Source: Scenedesmus sp. PABB004 (lineage: Eukaryota). From it: a stretch of 64,000 nt of DNA. Below the pieces are notes generated by a model. That model was given only the letters and a program-made list of their open reading frames with translations. It was not told the origin of the DNA and did not search any database. The position numbers and the translations under genes were made by a program. Numbering within the stretch: the first letter of the stretch is position 1; each line of letters starts with the position of its first letter. Location of the stretch: NCBI GenBank assembly GCA_014905635.1, contig JABVCE010000003.1, positions 1,364,001 through 1,428,000 on the forward strand, in the 5' to 3' direction. Of this stretch, positions 50,481-60,900 are shown piece by piece.

Positions 50481-53038
50481 ATGTCGCTGCAGCCCCAGGA
50501 GCGCCTGGGCAGCGGCCGCGCGGCGAGCAGCAGCGCGTCGTGCGCGTGGCGCGCCGGCGTCGCCCGGCGCGCGCCTGGGCGGCCGGCGCGGCGGCGCGTC
50601 GCGGCGAGAAGCGCGCCGTCGGAGCCGTCGCGGTGGCCTGTGGGCGGGCTGGACGGCGGGGCGCGGGACAGCGCGCCCATCCGCCCGCTGGCCGGGGAGC
50701 AGCTCGACGCGGCCGTGAAGACGCGCTTCATCGCCGAGACGCTGCTCCCCACGCGCCACGGAGCCTTCCGGTTGAGAGGGTACAAGCACTCGGTGCGCGC
50801 GCGCCGCGGGGGGGCGCCGCGGGGCGCCCGCTGCTGCTGCGTGCCGGGCGCGCCCAAATGCTCACGCGCGCCGCGCCGCGGGCGCAGCTGGACGGCGGCG
50901 TCACGTTCACCGAGCCCACCGCCATCATCATGGGCGACGTGGAGGGCCAGGAGGACGTGAGCGCGCGGCGGCGCGCGGCGGCGGCGGCAGCAGCGGCAGC
51001 GCCGCTGCTGCCGCCAGCGGCGCGGCGCCCGCGGCGCGCCGACCGGCTGCGCGCCGCCGTGCCGCCGGACTCCGCAGGTCCCCGTGCGCGTGCACGACGC
51101 CTGCTTCACGTCAGGTGCGCGGCGCCGCAGGGGGGGGGGCACCCCCCGCGGCCGGCCCGCCGGCGCGTCGACGCGCGGCGGCCGACGCGCGCTCCGCGCC
51201 CGCGCCGCGCCGTGCCGCAGAGGTGCTCGGCTCGCTCAAGTGCGACTGCGCTGAGCAGCTGGAGCTGGCGCTGTCGTACATCCAGGGCGCGGGGCGGGGC
51301 ATGGTGATCTACTTGCAGCAGGAGGGCCGCGGCATCGGGCTGGCTAACAAAATCGCAGCCTACGCCTTGCAGGCGCGCGCGGGCGCAGCGCAGCGCAGCG
51401 CAGCAGCCCGCGGGGCGCGCACGCGCCGCCTGCGCGCGCGCCCGTGCGCGCGCGGCCGTGCGGCAGCGCGGCGGGGAGGGCGGCGGCCCGCCGGCCGGCC
51501 GGCGCGCCGGGCGCGCGCGCGCTCACAGCCGCGCGCGCGGCGGCGCGCCGCCGCGCAGGAGCAAGGCCTCGACACGGTCGACGCGAACCGCGCGCTGGGC
51601 CTGCCGGACGATTGCCGCGAATACACGAGCGTGCGCAACATCCTGCGAGACCTGCGCATACGCTCAGTGCGCCTCATGGTGCGCGCGCGGCGGCGGCGGC
51701 GGCGGCGGCGGCGCGGCGCGCGCGCGGGGCGCGGCGGCAGGCCCCCGCGGCGCGCGGCCCAACGCCGGCACCGCCCGCCGCGCGCTGCCGCTGCCGCCGC
51801 CGCCAGACCAACAATCCGCGCAAGCTGGACGTGCTGACGCAGCTGGGCGTCGCGATCAGCGGCCGCATCCCCTGCCAGGTGCAGGCGGGCGAGCACAACC
51901 AGGTGCGCCACCCGCGGGCGGGCGCGCGGCCGCGCGCGGGGCGGGGGCGTGTGCGCGCGCGGGCGCGGGCGGCGGCGCGGGAGGCGGCGCGGGCGGGCGG
52001 CGCGGGCGGGCGGCGCGGGCGCGGCGCGGGCGCGGCGGCGCAGCCTCGCCGGCCACGCGCCTGAGGCTGCAAGCCGTGGCCGCGCCGCGCGCGCGCCGCA
52101 TGCCCGCGGCAGGGGTATCTGACCGCCAAGCGCGACCGCATGCAGCACCTGCTGCCGGGCGCAGCACCGATTGACCTGCCAGCGGGCCGGGCCGGCAGCG
52201 GCAGCAGCAGCGGCAGGAGCAGCAGCAGCAGCAGCAGCGACGGGCCCGCAAATAACATTGTCGCCTATCAACACGCGGCAGCGGCGGTCGCGGCCGCCGC
52301 GCCCGTCGTCGCGGCGTCGGCGTCGGGCGCGGCGGCCGCGCTGCCGCCGCCGCCCCGGCGCGCGCGCAGCAGGCGCGGTGCGGCGCCCGCGGCGGCGGCG
52401 CTGGCGGGGGCGGCACGCGCCGCGCCCCCGGCCGCCGCACGCCCCAGCCCCGGCTCGGGCGCCGCCCCCAGCGGCGCGCGGCGCCGGCGCGCGTGAGCTG
52501 AGCAGTCGGAGCGGCTGGCCAGGCAGGCGGCAGGCAGCGCAGCAGCAGCGCAGGGCGGCTGGCGGGCGGCGGGCGGGCGGGCGGGCGCACCCGCTCGTCC
52601 GGTCAACCCCCCGCGCCCGGGCGTCGTCGTTGCCGGCGCCGGCGCGAGGCAGCCGGCACCGACGTGCGCGCCCTCCCGCGCCACGCACCACAGGGCTACC
52701 TGACCGCGAAGCGGGAGCGCATGGACCACCTCCTCGACGGCAGCTGGTGCTACTGGGAGCACGGCGGCGAGCCCATCCAGCCGAGCGCGGCGGCGCTGTC
52801 CGAGGGCGGCATGGGCCTGCCCAGCGACATCGCGCAGGCGCAGGGCGCCGCCGGCGGCCTGGTCATGCACACGGTGGCGCTCGACGAGGACGCCGACGAC
52901 GCGGCCGCCGTCGCCAGCAGCGGGAGCAGCGGGAGCAGCAGCAGCAGCAGCGGGGGCGGGGGCGGGAGCAGCGGCAGCAGCAGCGCGACCGCTGCAGCGC
53001 TCGCGAGCGCAAGCGGCGGCGGCGTCGGCGAGGGCTAG
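50481..53038 (+). CDS. ribA: Monofunctional GTP cyclohydrolase II (riboflavin pathway) with two alternative C-terminal exons
   Basis: Transit-like N-terminus, then [69 protein letters not shown] and GYLTAKR..M.HLL. No DHBP synthase domain. TGTAA at 53050-53054. Confidence 0.95.
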
Positions 53039-53316
53039 CGCGCCGGCGCTGTAATCGAGCGCACTGACATCCCCCGACGACGGCCAGGCGGTGCGCGGCC
53101 CGCAAAACGGGGCGGAGCGGTATGCTTTCGGGCCCCAGACCATTCGGCCTCGCCGCTGGCCGCGTTGGTTGTTTAGCGTGAGCCCCCTGCACTTCATCCG
53201 ACGTCGGCTCGCGCCCTCTCCGCACCGTGCGACGAGCTCTGGTCGACGTCGAGCGTAGGCTCGCCCCGTGCGCCGCGCACGGCCTCGCCCGACCTCGCCG
53301 CGCTGTGGAGAGCTCC

Positions 53317-53790
53317 ATGGCGTGCAGATACATCACCGCGATGCTTTGCTTGCTGCTGGCGGGGCTGGCGGCGGCGGGTGCGCCGGGCGGCGCTGCTGCC
53401 GCTGACCGAGTGCTGCGCTGTGCTGCGCCGGTGCCGCTGACCGCCACGCCGCCCCCGTCTGTCGCCACAGGCACAGCCGGCGCCACGAGCGCGCCGCGCA
53501 GGCTGCTGCAGGCCCAGGGCGGCCGCCTGAGCGCCGCGCGCAGCGCTGCCGCGATGCAGAGCATGGCCACGACGCAGGACGGCATCGCGCACGCCGCCGC
53601 CGCGGGCTTTGACGTGGGTGCAGGCGCCGTCGTCGACAGTGTTGCCGGCGCCGACGTGGACGCGATGCTGGGGTCGACCATCGACGCGACCGACCGCGGC
53701 GTGCTCGCGTCCCGCGCGGCGCGGTGGCCCTACTCGTCGCGCGCGTGGGACGGGACGGGCAGCCGCGGTGCATGGCGCTCGCGGCGGTGA
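53317..53790 (+). CDS. Small secreted protein with signal peptide and RRLL motif, 2 exons
   Basis: MACRYITAMLCLLLAGLAAAG, intron 53378-53470, then TAGATSAPRRLLQAQGG...RGAWRSRR*. Confidence 0.65.
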   Translation: MACRYITAMLCLLLAGLAAAGAPGGAAAADRVLRCAAPVPLTATPPPSVATGTAGATSAPRRLLQAQGGRLSAARSAAAMQSMATTQDGIAHAAAAGFDVGAGAVVDSVAGADVDAMLGSTIDATDRGVLASRAARWPYSSRAWDGTGSRGAWRSRR

Positions 53791-54105
53791 GGCGCGCGCC
53801 TTGCGCTGGCGGCAGGGAGGCGCTCGGGGTCCTTCATCAACTTCATTAAACTCAGGTCCTTGCAGCTCCGCACGGCTCCCGTCGACCCCGGCACGGCCGC
53901 GCGCTCGGGGGCACGCCGCCGGCGCCGCAGCTGCCGCTGCCCGCCCGCCGTTTTCGGGCCGCCGCTCGGCGCCACGTCGCACGAGGCTGCTCGCGCGCTG
54001 CACGGACCTCGCCCGCCTCGCTCGGGCCTCACCCGCGGCAGCTACTAAGCCCGGCAGCCGGCGGCGCGGCAACGGCAGCGGGCGCCGGAACAGCAGCGCC
54101 GACCC

Positions 54106-54414
54106 ATGGCGCCGCAGCAGCCGGCGCCCGCCCCCGTGGCGCCGTACGTGGAGTACGAGCAGCAGCAGCCGTACGTGCCCTACCCGTCCCAGCAGCAGCC
54201 GGCGCTCGACGGCGGCGGCGACGGCACGCGCGGGCTGAGCAGCTCGCTGCACACCGCCGCTCGCTTGGCGCACCGCGTCGAGCGGACGGCGCACCTGGCC
54301 ACGCACCCGGGTCAAGCGGTGGCTCACAACACCACAGGTCGAGTCAAGCGCAAGCTCGTGAGCCGGGTGGCGCGCGCACTGACCCGACTGCTGAACAAGA
54401 TACTGCCGGGCTAG
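54106..54414 (+). CDS. Hypothetical 102-aa protein
   Basis: cccATGG start. Pro/Tyr/Gln-rich N-terminus and basic amphipathic C-terminus RVKRKLVSRVARALTRLLNKILPG*. Confidence 0.6.
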   Translation: MAPQQPAPAPVAPYVEYEQQQPYVPYPSQQQPALDGGGDGTRGLSSSLHTAARLAHRVERTAHLATHPGQAVAHNTTGRVKRKLVSRVARALTRLLNKILPG

Positions 54415-54604
54415 GCTGGTGCCAGCGGCCTGTGCGTGTGCGCTGCGGCCAGGCGGCCGCGCCGTGGCGGCCAGGCTGCCGCGGCAGGCGCGGGGGCGGC
54501 GCGGCCTGCTGCGCCGCGGCAGGACGCCAGGCCGGCGCGGCCCCACCTGGGGCGGCGGAGCTCGGCGCGGCGCAGACGCTCGAACGCCGGCGGCGCTGGC
54601 GGTC

Positions 54605-55009
54605 GGCGCGGACCTCCACGCGTCTCGGCCGCCCGCGGGCGCTGTCGGCCTGCCGGCTGGCCGCGGGCGGCAGGCTGGCCGGCCGGTGGTGGCGCACGCG
54701 CGGGCCTGCGCGGGCGGCGCGGCGCGGGCTGCGGTGCGACGGCCTGGCGGCACGCTGGCGCGCCGCGTCGCTGGGCGCCGCGCGCGTGCGCTGGCAAAAC
54801 CGCGCCCCGGGGCCCCGCTCGTCAGTGCCGCTGTTTGTGACGCTGTCAGCATTTGAGCACGCGGCCACAGCTGCCCCGCCGTCCGCCCGCGCCGTCCGCC
54901 AGCGACCCGCGCCCGGCCCGCGTGAGGCCCGCGCCAGCCGCCGCGCGTTGTTGCGCGCGCGCCGCCCAAACTCGCCCTGAGCGGCCGCCGGAGCCCGACC
55001 GAGGCTCCC
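54605..55009. repeat. 405-bp direct repeat, copy 2 (upstream of the MTHFR-like gene)
   Basis: Near-identical to 47403-47807. Ends 65 nt before ATG 55075. Confidence 0.95.
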
Positions 55010-55074
55010 GTTAGAGCCTCGACTCAGCGCGCTAGAGCGCTCGCGGCCCGTCTGCTCCGCTGGCGGGCGCCGCG

Positions 55075-56409
55075 ATGCACCCGTCGCAGCAGGCGGCTTG
55101 CCACCTGCTGCGCGGCCGTCGGCTGCTGTCGCACCCGTGCGCGTCGCATTTGAGCTCGCGGGCTCTGTCACGACGGCGCTCCAGCGCGGCCGCCGGCGCG
55201 GCGCCTGCGCCGGGCGCGGATGCAGCAGCGGCGCGCAGCGACGCGGCCGCGCCGCCGCCGCGGGGCCTGGCGGGGCCGCCGTGCTTCACGCTGGAGGCCG
55301 GCATCGGAGCGGCCAGCCCGCTGGAGCTGGAGCTGCTGGCCAGCGGCGCCTTTGGCGCGGAGGTGCACCCCGCGCTGCCGGTCGCGACGACCTGGGCGGG
55401 GCTGTACAAGCAGCTCACCCGCGCGGCGCAGCAGCAGCAGCGGCAGTCCCCCGGCGCGGTGCGCGGCGGCGCGGCCGCCGCGGGCGCAGCGGCCGCGCTC
55501 GACGACATCGCGAGCGCGGAGGCGGCGCTCGCGGGCGCGGGCGCGCCGCCGGTGCTGCACGTGGCGACGGTCGGCGCGCAGCTGAGCGGCATGCGTGACA
55601 TCACGGCCGCGATGCGCCGCGCGGCGGGCGGCGGCGCCGGCGCCGCGGGCGCGCCGCACGCCGACGCGCTGCTGCTGGTCTCGGGGAGCCACCCGGTGCG
55701 GCAGCTGCCGCTCGTGCGGTCGCTGCTGCCGGGCGCGGTCGGGATGCTCGCCGCGGCGGCCGAGCTGCGCGCGCGCGGCGAGCTGCCGCCGGCGCTGCAG
55801 CTCTGGGCGGTCGCAAACCCGGTGACCGAGCGCGACGCGGCGTACGCGGAGGCCAAGGTGGACGCGGGCGCGGAGGTGCTGCTCACGCAGCCGCCGCTCG
55901 ACTGGCCCGCGTTTGAGGCGTGGATGGCCGATGCGCGCGCGCGGCGCCTGCACACGCGTGCGCGCCTGCTGGTCGGCTTCCCCCTGATAGCCAGCGCGGG
56001 CGGCGTCGCGTTCTGGACGGCGCTCTGCGGCGCGGGCGGCAACCAGCAGGCGCGGCGCCAGCAGCGCGGCGCGCGGGGCGGGGCGCGCGCGCCGGCGCGG
56101 GGCGCGGCCGCGGCGGCGCCCGCGACGCCGGCGCCCCGCCCCCGCGCCGCCGCGCAGTGCAAGGCGCTGCAGCTCGCGTTTGAGGCGGCCGAGGCCGCGG
56201 CGCCGGGCGGCGGCGGCGCCGCCTTTGCGGCGCGCTGGAACGGCGACCTGCTGGCGCGCCTGCAGGACACGCCGGGCGTGGGTGGCTTGCACGTCATGCC
56301 CATCTCGCCGGCCTCGAAGCGCATGGCGCTCAGCATGGCGCGCGCCGGCGCGTTCGCGCCCGACGCCTGGCCGCTCGCGCGCGGCGGCGGCGGGGCGAGC
56401 GCGGCCTGA
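55075..56409 (+). CDS. Methylenetetrahydrofolate reductase-like FAD-linked oxidoreductase (catalytic barrel only)
   Basis: ALLLVSGSHP, WAVANP...AEAKVDAGAEVLLTQPPLD and GGLHVMPI resemble the MTHFR L.l.GD, K..AGA....TQ and GlH motifs. Probable GC-AG intron 56050-56157. Confidence 0.7.
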   Translation: MHPSQQAACHLLRGRRLLSHPCASHLSSRALSRRRSSAAAGAAPAPGADAAAARSDAAAPPPRGLAGPPCFTLEAGIGAASPLELELLASGAFGAEVHPALPVATTWAGLYKQLTRAAQQQQRQSPGAVRGGAAAAGAAAALDDIASAEAALAGAGAPPVLHVATVGAQLSGMRDITAAMRRAAGGGAGAAGAPHADALLLVSGSHPVRQLPLVRSLLPGAVGMLAAAAELRARGELPPALQLWAVANPVTERDAAYAEAKVDAGAEVLLTQPPLDWPAFEAWMADARARRLHTRARLLVGFPLIASAGGVAFWTALCGAGGNQQARRQQRGARGGARAPARGAAAAAPATPAPRPRAAAQCKALQLAFEAAEAAAPGGGGAAFAARWNGDLLARLQDTPGVGGLHVMPISPASKRMALSMARAGAFAPDAWPLARGGGGASAA

Positions 56410-56718
56410 GCAGCGGGGCGCTCCCGCGAGCACCGGGGGCGTTGGCCAGCGGCGCTGGCGCGGCGCGCGGCGCGGCGCGCGGCGCGGCGCGGCGGTGCGC
56501 GCGCGTCCGGGGCGAGCAAGCGGAGTGCCGCCAGCTTGGCGCTTGTCGCGGGGTGCAAACGCGCCGCGCCCCGACGCCGTTGCTGGTGCTGGTGCCAACC
56601 CCCGCGCGAGCGCCCGCCCGCACACTCCACGCTCGCTCCGCGACTCGAGGAACGTCTCCGCCATGCGCGCCTGGGGCGTGGCTGCGCGAGTGCGCGGCGC
56701 GGTGCCGGGCTGCCGCGC

Positions 56719-57919
56719 ATGAGCGCGCGCGGCAGCCCTGCGCCCGCGGGGAGCAGCGCGGCGCGATGCCTGCGCCGGAGCGGCGCCGGCGGGGCGGCGT
56801 GGGCGCGCGGCGCAGCAACAGCTCGGCGGCAGACGCGCTGCCGCGTGCTGGCCGCGCCGCCCGGCCCGGAGGGCGGCCCGCTGCAGGTGAGGGAGGCGCA
56901 GAGAAGTGGGGGCGCGCGCACGGGCCGCCGCGAGGCCCGATACGCGCGCGCATGCGCCCGGGGGGCGCGGTGCAGCATCACCTCGCCGCGTGCAGGGGGC
57001 ACCCCGCCCGCCCTGCGCACGCCCGCGTCGCGGCCGCGCCGCGGGTGCCTGGCCGGCCCGCCCAGCGAGCTTAGCGACGCGCCAGCGGGCGTCGCTGGGC
57101 ACCTGGGCGGCCGCGGCGGCGCCGCGCCGCACAGTGCGCTGCTGCTGCCCGCCGCGCGGCGCGGCGCGGCGCCGCCTGGGTCAGCACGGACGCCGCCGCG
57201 CGCGCCGCCGCTGCCGCAGGTGGTGTTCGTCACCACTGAGGTGGCGCCATGGTCAAAGGTCGGCGGCCTGGGCGACGTGATGGCGGCGCTGCCCGCGGCG
57301 CTCGCGGCGAGGTGCGCGGGGACCCGCGGCGGCCCGGCTAGCTCGTGCGGCGCGGGCCGGCAGCAGGGCACGCAGCGCGCCCGCGCGCGGCGGCGAGCAG
57401 CGGCCCAGCGCCGACGCGCCGCCGCCGCCGCTGGGGCCGCCGCCGCCGCTGGGGCCGCCGCCGCCGCGGCGCCCGCGCCGCCGCCGCCGCCGGGGCCGCC
57501 GACACCGACGCCGCCGGGGCCGCCGACACCGACGCCGCCGTGCCTGCGCAGGGGCCACCGCGTGATGACGGTGTCGCCGATGTACAGTCACTACAGTGAC
57601 GTGCGCGACACCGGCGTGCGCGCGCCCGTGCAGCTGCCGCACGACCTCGTCGCCTCGGCGGCGGCAGCGCAGGCGGCCGCCGACGCGGCGGAGGCCGAGC
57701 GGGCGCACGCGCGCGAGCAGCAGGCGGCGCTGGCGGCGCAGCAGCAGCAGGAGCAGCAGCAGCAGCAGCAGCGGCAGCAGCAGGCTGCCGCGCCTGCCGC
57801 GGGGGGTGGGCCGGCGGCGCGCGCGGCGGCGGCGTACGAGCGCGGCGCGGCAGTGCCCAACGGCGGCGAGGCCGCCGCGGGCGGCGGCGCCAGCAGCAGC
57901 AGCGCCTCCAGCAGCGCCG

Positions 57920-57979
<60 letters not shown>

Positions 57980-60900
57980 CCGCCGGGTTTGTGCGCTTCT
58001 TCATGTGCGCCAGCGGCGGCGTTGACCGGGTGTTTGTGGACCACCCGCTGTACCACGGCGAGGCGCGCGGCGGGCCGCCGGGCGCCGAGCGCTGGCCCGG
58101 CGCGGTCATCAGCAGCTACGTCCACCCGGACGGCGCGGCGCACCAGCCCGACCTCGCCGCGGCGGCGAGCGTGCTCTGCCAGGCGGCGCTCGCGGCGCCG
58201 CTGCTGCTGTGGGGCGCGGGCGCCGCGCCGCCGCAGGGCCGGCCGCTGTCGGAGCTGCAGGCGCAGGCGCGGAAGCGGCAGCAGCAGCGGCTCGCGGCGC
58301 GGGAGGCGGCGCTGCTCGTGGAGCTGCTGGGGCTGGACGCGACGCACGCGGCAGCCCAGGCGGCCGGCGGCGGCGACATCGCCGGCCTCCTGTCGGCGGC
58401 GCAGACGCAGCAGCAGGCGGCGCTCGCGCTGCGCCTGCAGCACCCGCAGCAGATCGTCGCGGGGCGCGCGCAGCCGGTGCTGCTCGGCACGGGCGGCAGC
58501 GAGGTCGACCGCCGCTGGCCGGTGTGCGACCTGCTGCTGCCGCGCCAGCAGCAGCGGCCGGGCAGCGGCAGCGGCGGCGGCGCGCAGCCGCTCGTGTTTG
58601 TCGCCAACGACTGGCCCTGCGGGCTGCTGCCGCTGTGGCTGGACGCGTATCGGGAGCGCGCGGAGCAGCAGGCCAACCCAGGCATGGACTGGCTGCTGCA
58701 GCAGCAGGCAGACACGCTGCGCCTGCCGCAGGAGCAGCAGCTCGCGCAGCAATTGCAGCAGGCGCAGCGGGCGCAGCAGGCGCAGCGGGCGCAGCAGGCG
58801 CAGCGGGCGCAGCAGGCGCAGGCGCAGGCGCAGCAGGCGCCGCAGCAGGCGCAGCAGGCGCAGCAGGCGCCGCAGCAGGCGCAGCAGGCGCAGCAGGCGC
58901 CGCAGCAGGCGCAGCAGGCGCCGCAGCAGGCGCAGCAGGCGCCGCATCTGGCGCCGGGCGCGCCGGAGCTGCTGCAGGCGGCCGCGTGCTCGCTCGAGGG
59001 CGGCGGCGGCGGCATGGACGTGTATGTGAACGGCGTCAACCTCTCGGCCGGCCCCGCCGCCGAGGCGCAGGCGCTGCTGGCGGAGCTGCAGCGTGAGTGG
59101 CAGCTGCCGCCGGCGCCCAGCGACGACGGCGACGGCGGCGGCTGGGACGGCGCGGAGCTGCAGCGGCGCCTCGCGGTCGACGACGACGCCCTGCCGCGCG
59201 GCAGCGGCGCCGGCGGCGACGGCGACGGCGATGATGACGACGACGGCGGCAGCTGGTCTGCTGCCGCGGATGCGTGGCTCGCGGCCGCGGGCTATGCGCC
59301 CGGCTCGGTGCACAGCGACCAGCTCGCGGCGCTGGTCGCGGACGCGCTCGCGGCGGGCCGCGTGCGGCCGGCGGCGGAGCCGACGCTGCGCGCGGCGCAG
59401 AGCGAGCTGGCGGCGCTGGTGCGGCAGGAGGCGTTGCTGGGCGACGCGATCGAGCAGCTCAAGGGCGCGGCGGCGCGGCTGCAGGGCGCGGCGGTGCAGC
59501 AGCTCGCGGCGGCCGCCGCGAGCGCCGGCCTGCCCGCCGCAGCGGCTGGCGAGCAGCAGCAGCAGTCGCAGCAGTCGCAGCAGTCGCAGCAGTCGCAGCA
59601 GTCGCAGCAGTCGCAGCAGTCGCAGCAGTCGCAGCAGTCGCAGCAGCAGTCGCAGCCGGCGCTGTCGGCGCTGGAGCACGGGCAGGCGCTCGCGGTGCTG
59701 CAGGCCCTGCTCGGCCGGCAGCTCGCAGGCAGCAAGGTGGCCTTTGCTGTGCACAACTTTGGCTACCAGGGCACCTTCAAGGGCCGGGCCGCGTTTGAGC
59801 GCCTCGGCCTGCCCGGCCGGCTGCTCGAGCGCTTCGTGGCGCCCGTGGCAGACGCGGCCGCGCGCGCGCGCGCCGCGGTCGGCGCGGGCGCGGCCGCCGC
59901 CGGCAGCCAGCTCGCGGCGCTCGCGGGCGCGCTGGGGCGGCTCGTGCCGGGCCGCGGCGGTCGCGGAGGCACCAGCGGCGGCGGTGGCGGCGCCGGCAGC
60001 GACGGCAGCGGCAGCGGCGGCAGCGGCAGCGGCGGCAGCAGTGACAGCACCAGCGGCGACCAGCCCAGCTATGGCATGTTTGCCAGCGTGCAGCAGATGC
60101 TGCTGCAGGCGGCGGCCGGCGCTGTGGCGGAGCAGGCAGGCGGCGGCGGCGCCGGCGAGCGGCAACAGCGCCAGCGCGCGCTCGCGGCGGCCGCCCAGGC
60201 CGGCGGCGACGCCGCCGGCGGCGACGGCGACGGCGCCGCCGGCGCGGCGGAGGACGCGGTGGAGCTCAACTGGCTGCGCGCCGGCGTGAGCGGCGCCGAC
60301 GCGGTCGTGACGGTCAGCCGCGGCTACGCCGCCGAGATGCTCGCGGGGCGGGAGCCCTCCGGCCCCGCCGAGCCCAGCCTCACGGGCCTGCTCGCGGCGC
60401 GCGGCCTGCGGGGCATCCTCAACGGCCTGGACACGACGTGCTGGGACCCCGCGCGTGACCCGCTGCTGCCGGCCGGCGTGCGCTACGGACCGGGCGACGC
60501 GGCCCGCGGCAAGGCGGCGGCCAAGGCCCTGCTGCAGCGGCGGCTCGGCCTCGCGCCCGACCCGGACGCGCCGCTGTTTGCGTTTGTGGGCCGGCTCACG
60601 GCGCAGAAGGGAGTCGACGTCGTTCTCGCGGCGCTGCCGCAGGTGCTCGCGCCGGCGCCGCGCGGCGGCGCGGCGCGTGCGCCCGGCGGCGGCGCGGCGC
60701 CGGCGCCGGCGCCGCAGGTCGTGCTGCTCGGCTCGGGCGAGCGCTGGATGGAGGCGGTGCTGGCGCAGCTGTCGGGGCGCTACCCCGGCGCCGCGCTGGG
60801 CGTGCCCGCGTTCAACGAGCCCCTCGCGCACCTGCTGCTCGCGGCGGCCGACTTCCTGCTCGTGCCGTCGCGCTTTGAGCCGTGCGGGCTCGTCGCGCTC

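Noticed and set aside
50481..56409. Flavin-themed cluster (GTP cyclohydrolase II near an FAD-linked MTHFR-like gene)
   Set aside because: Unrelated genes intervene and no other riboflavin genes are present, so proximity is likely chance.
58755..59654. Regular repeats that might suggest a CRISPR-like array
   Set aside because: They are in-frame coding tandem repeats with no unique spacers, in eukaryotic DNA.
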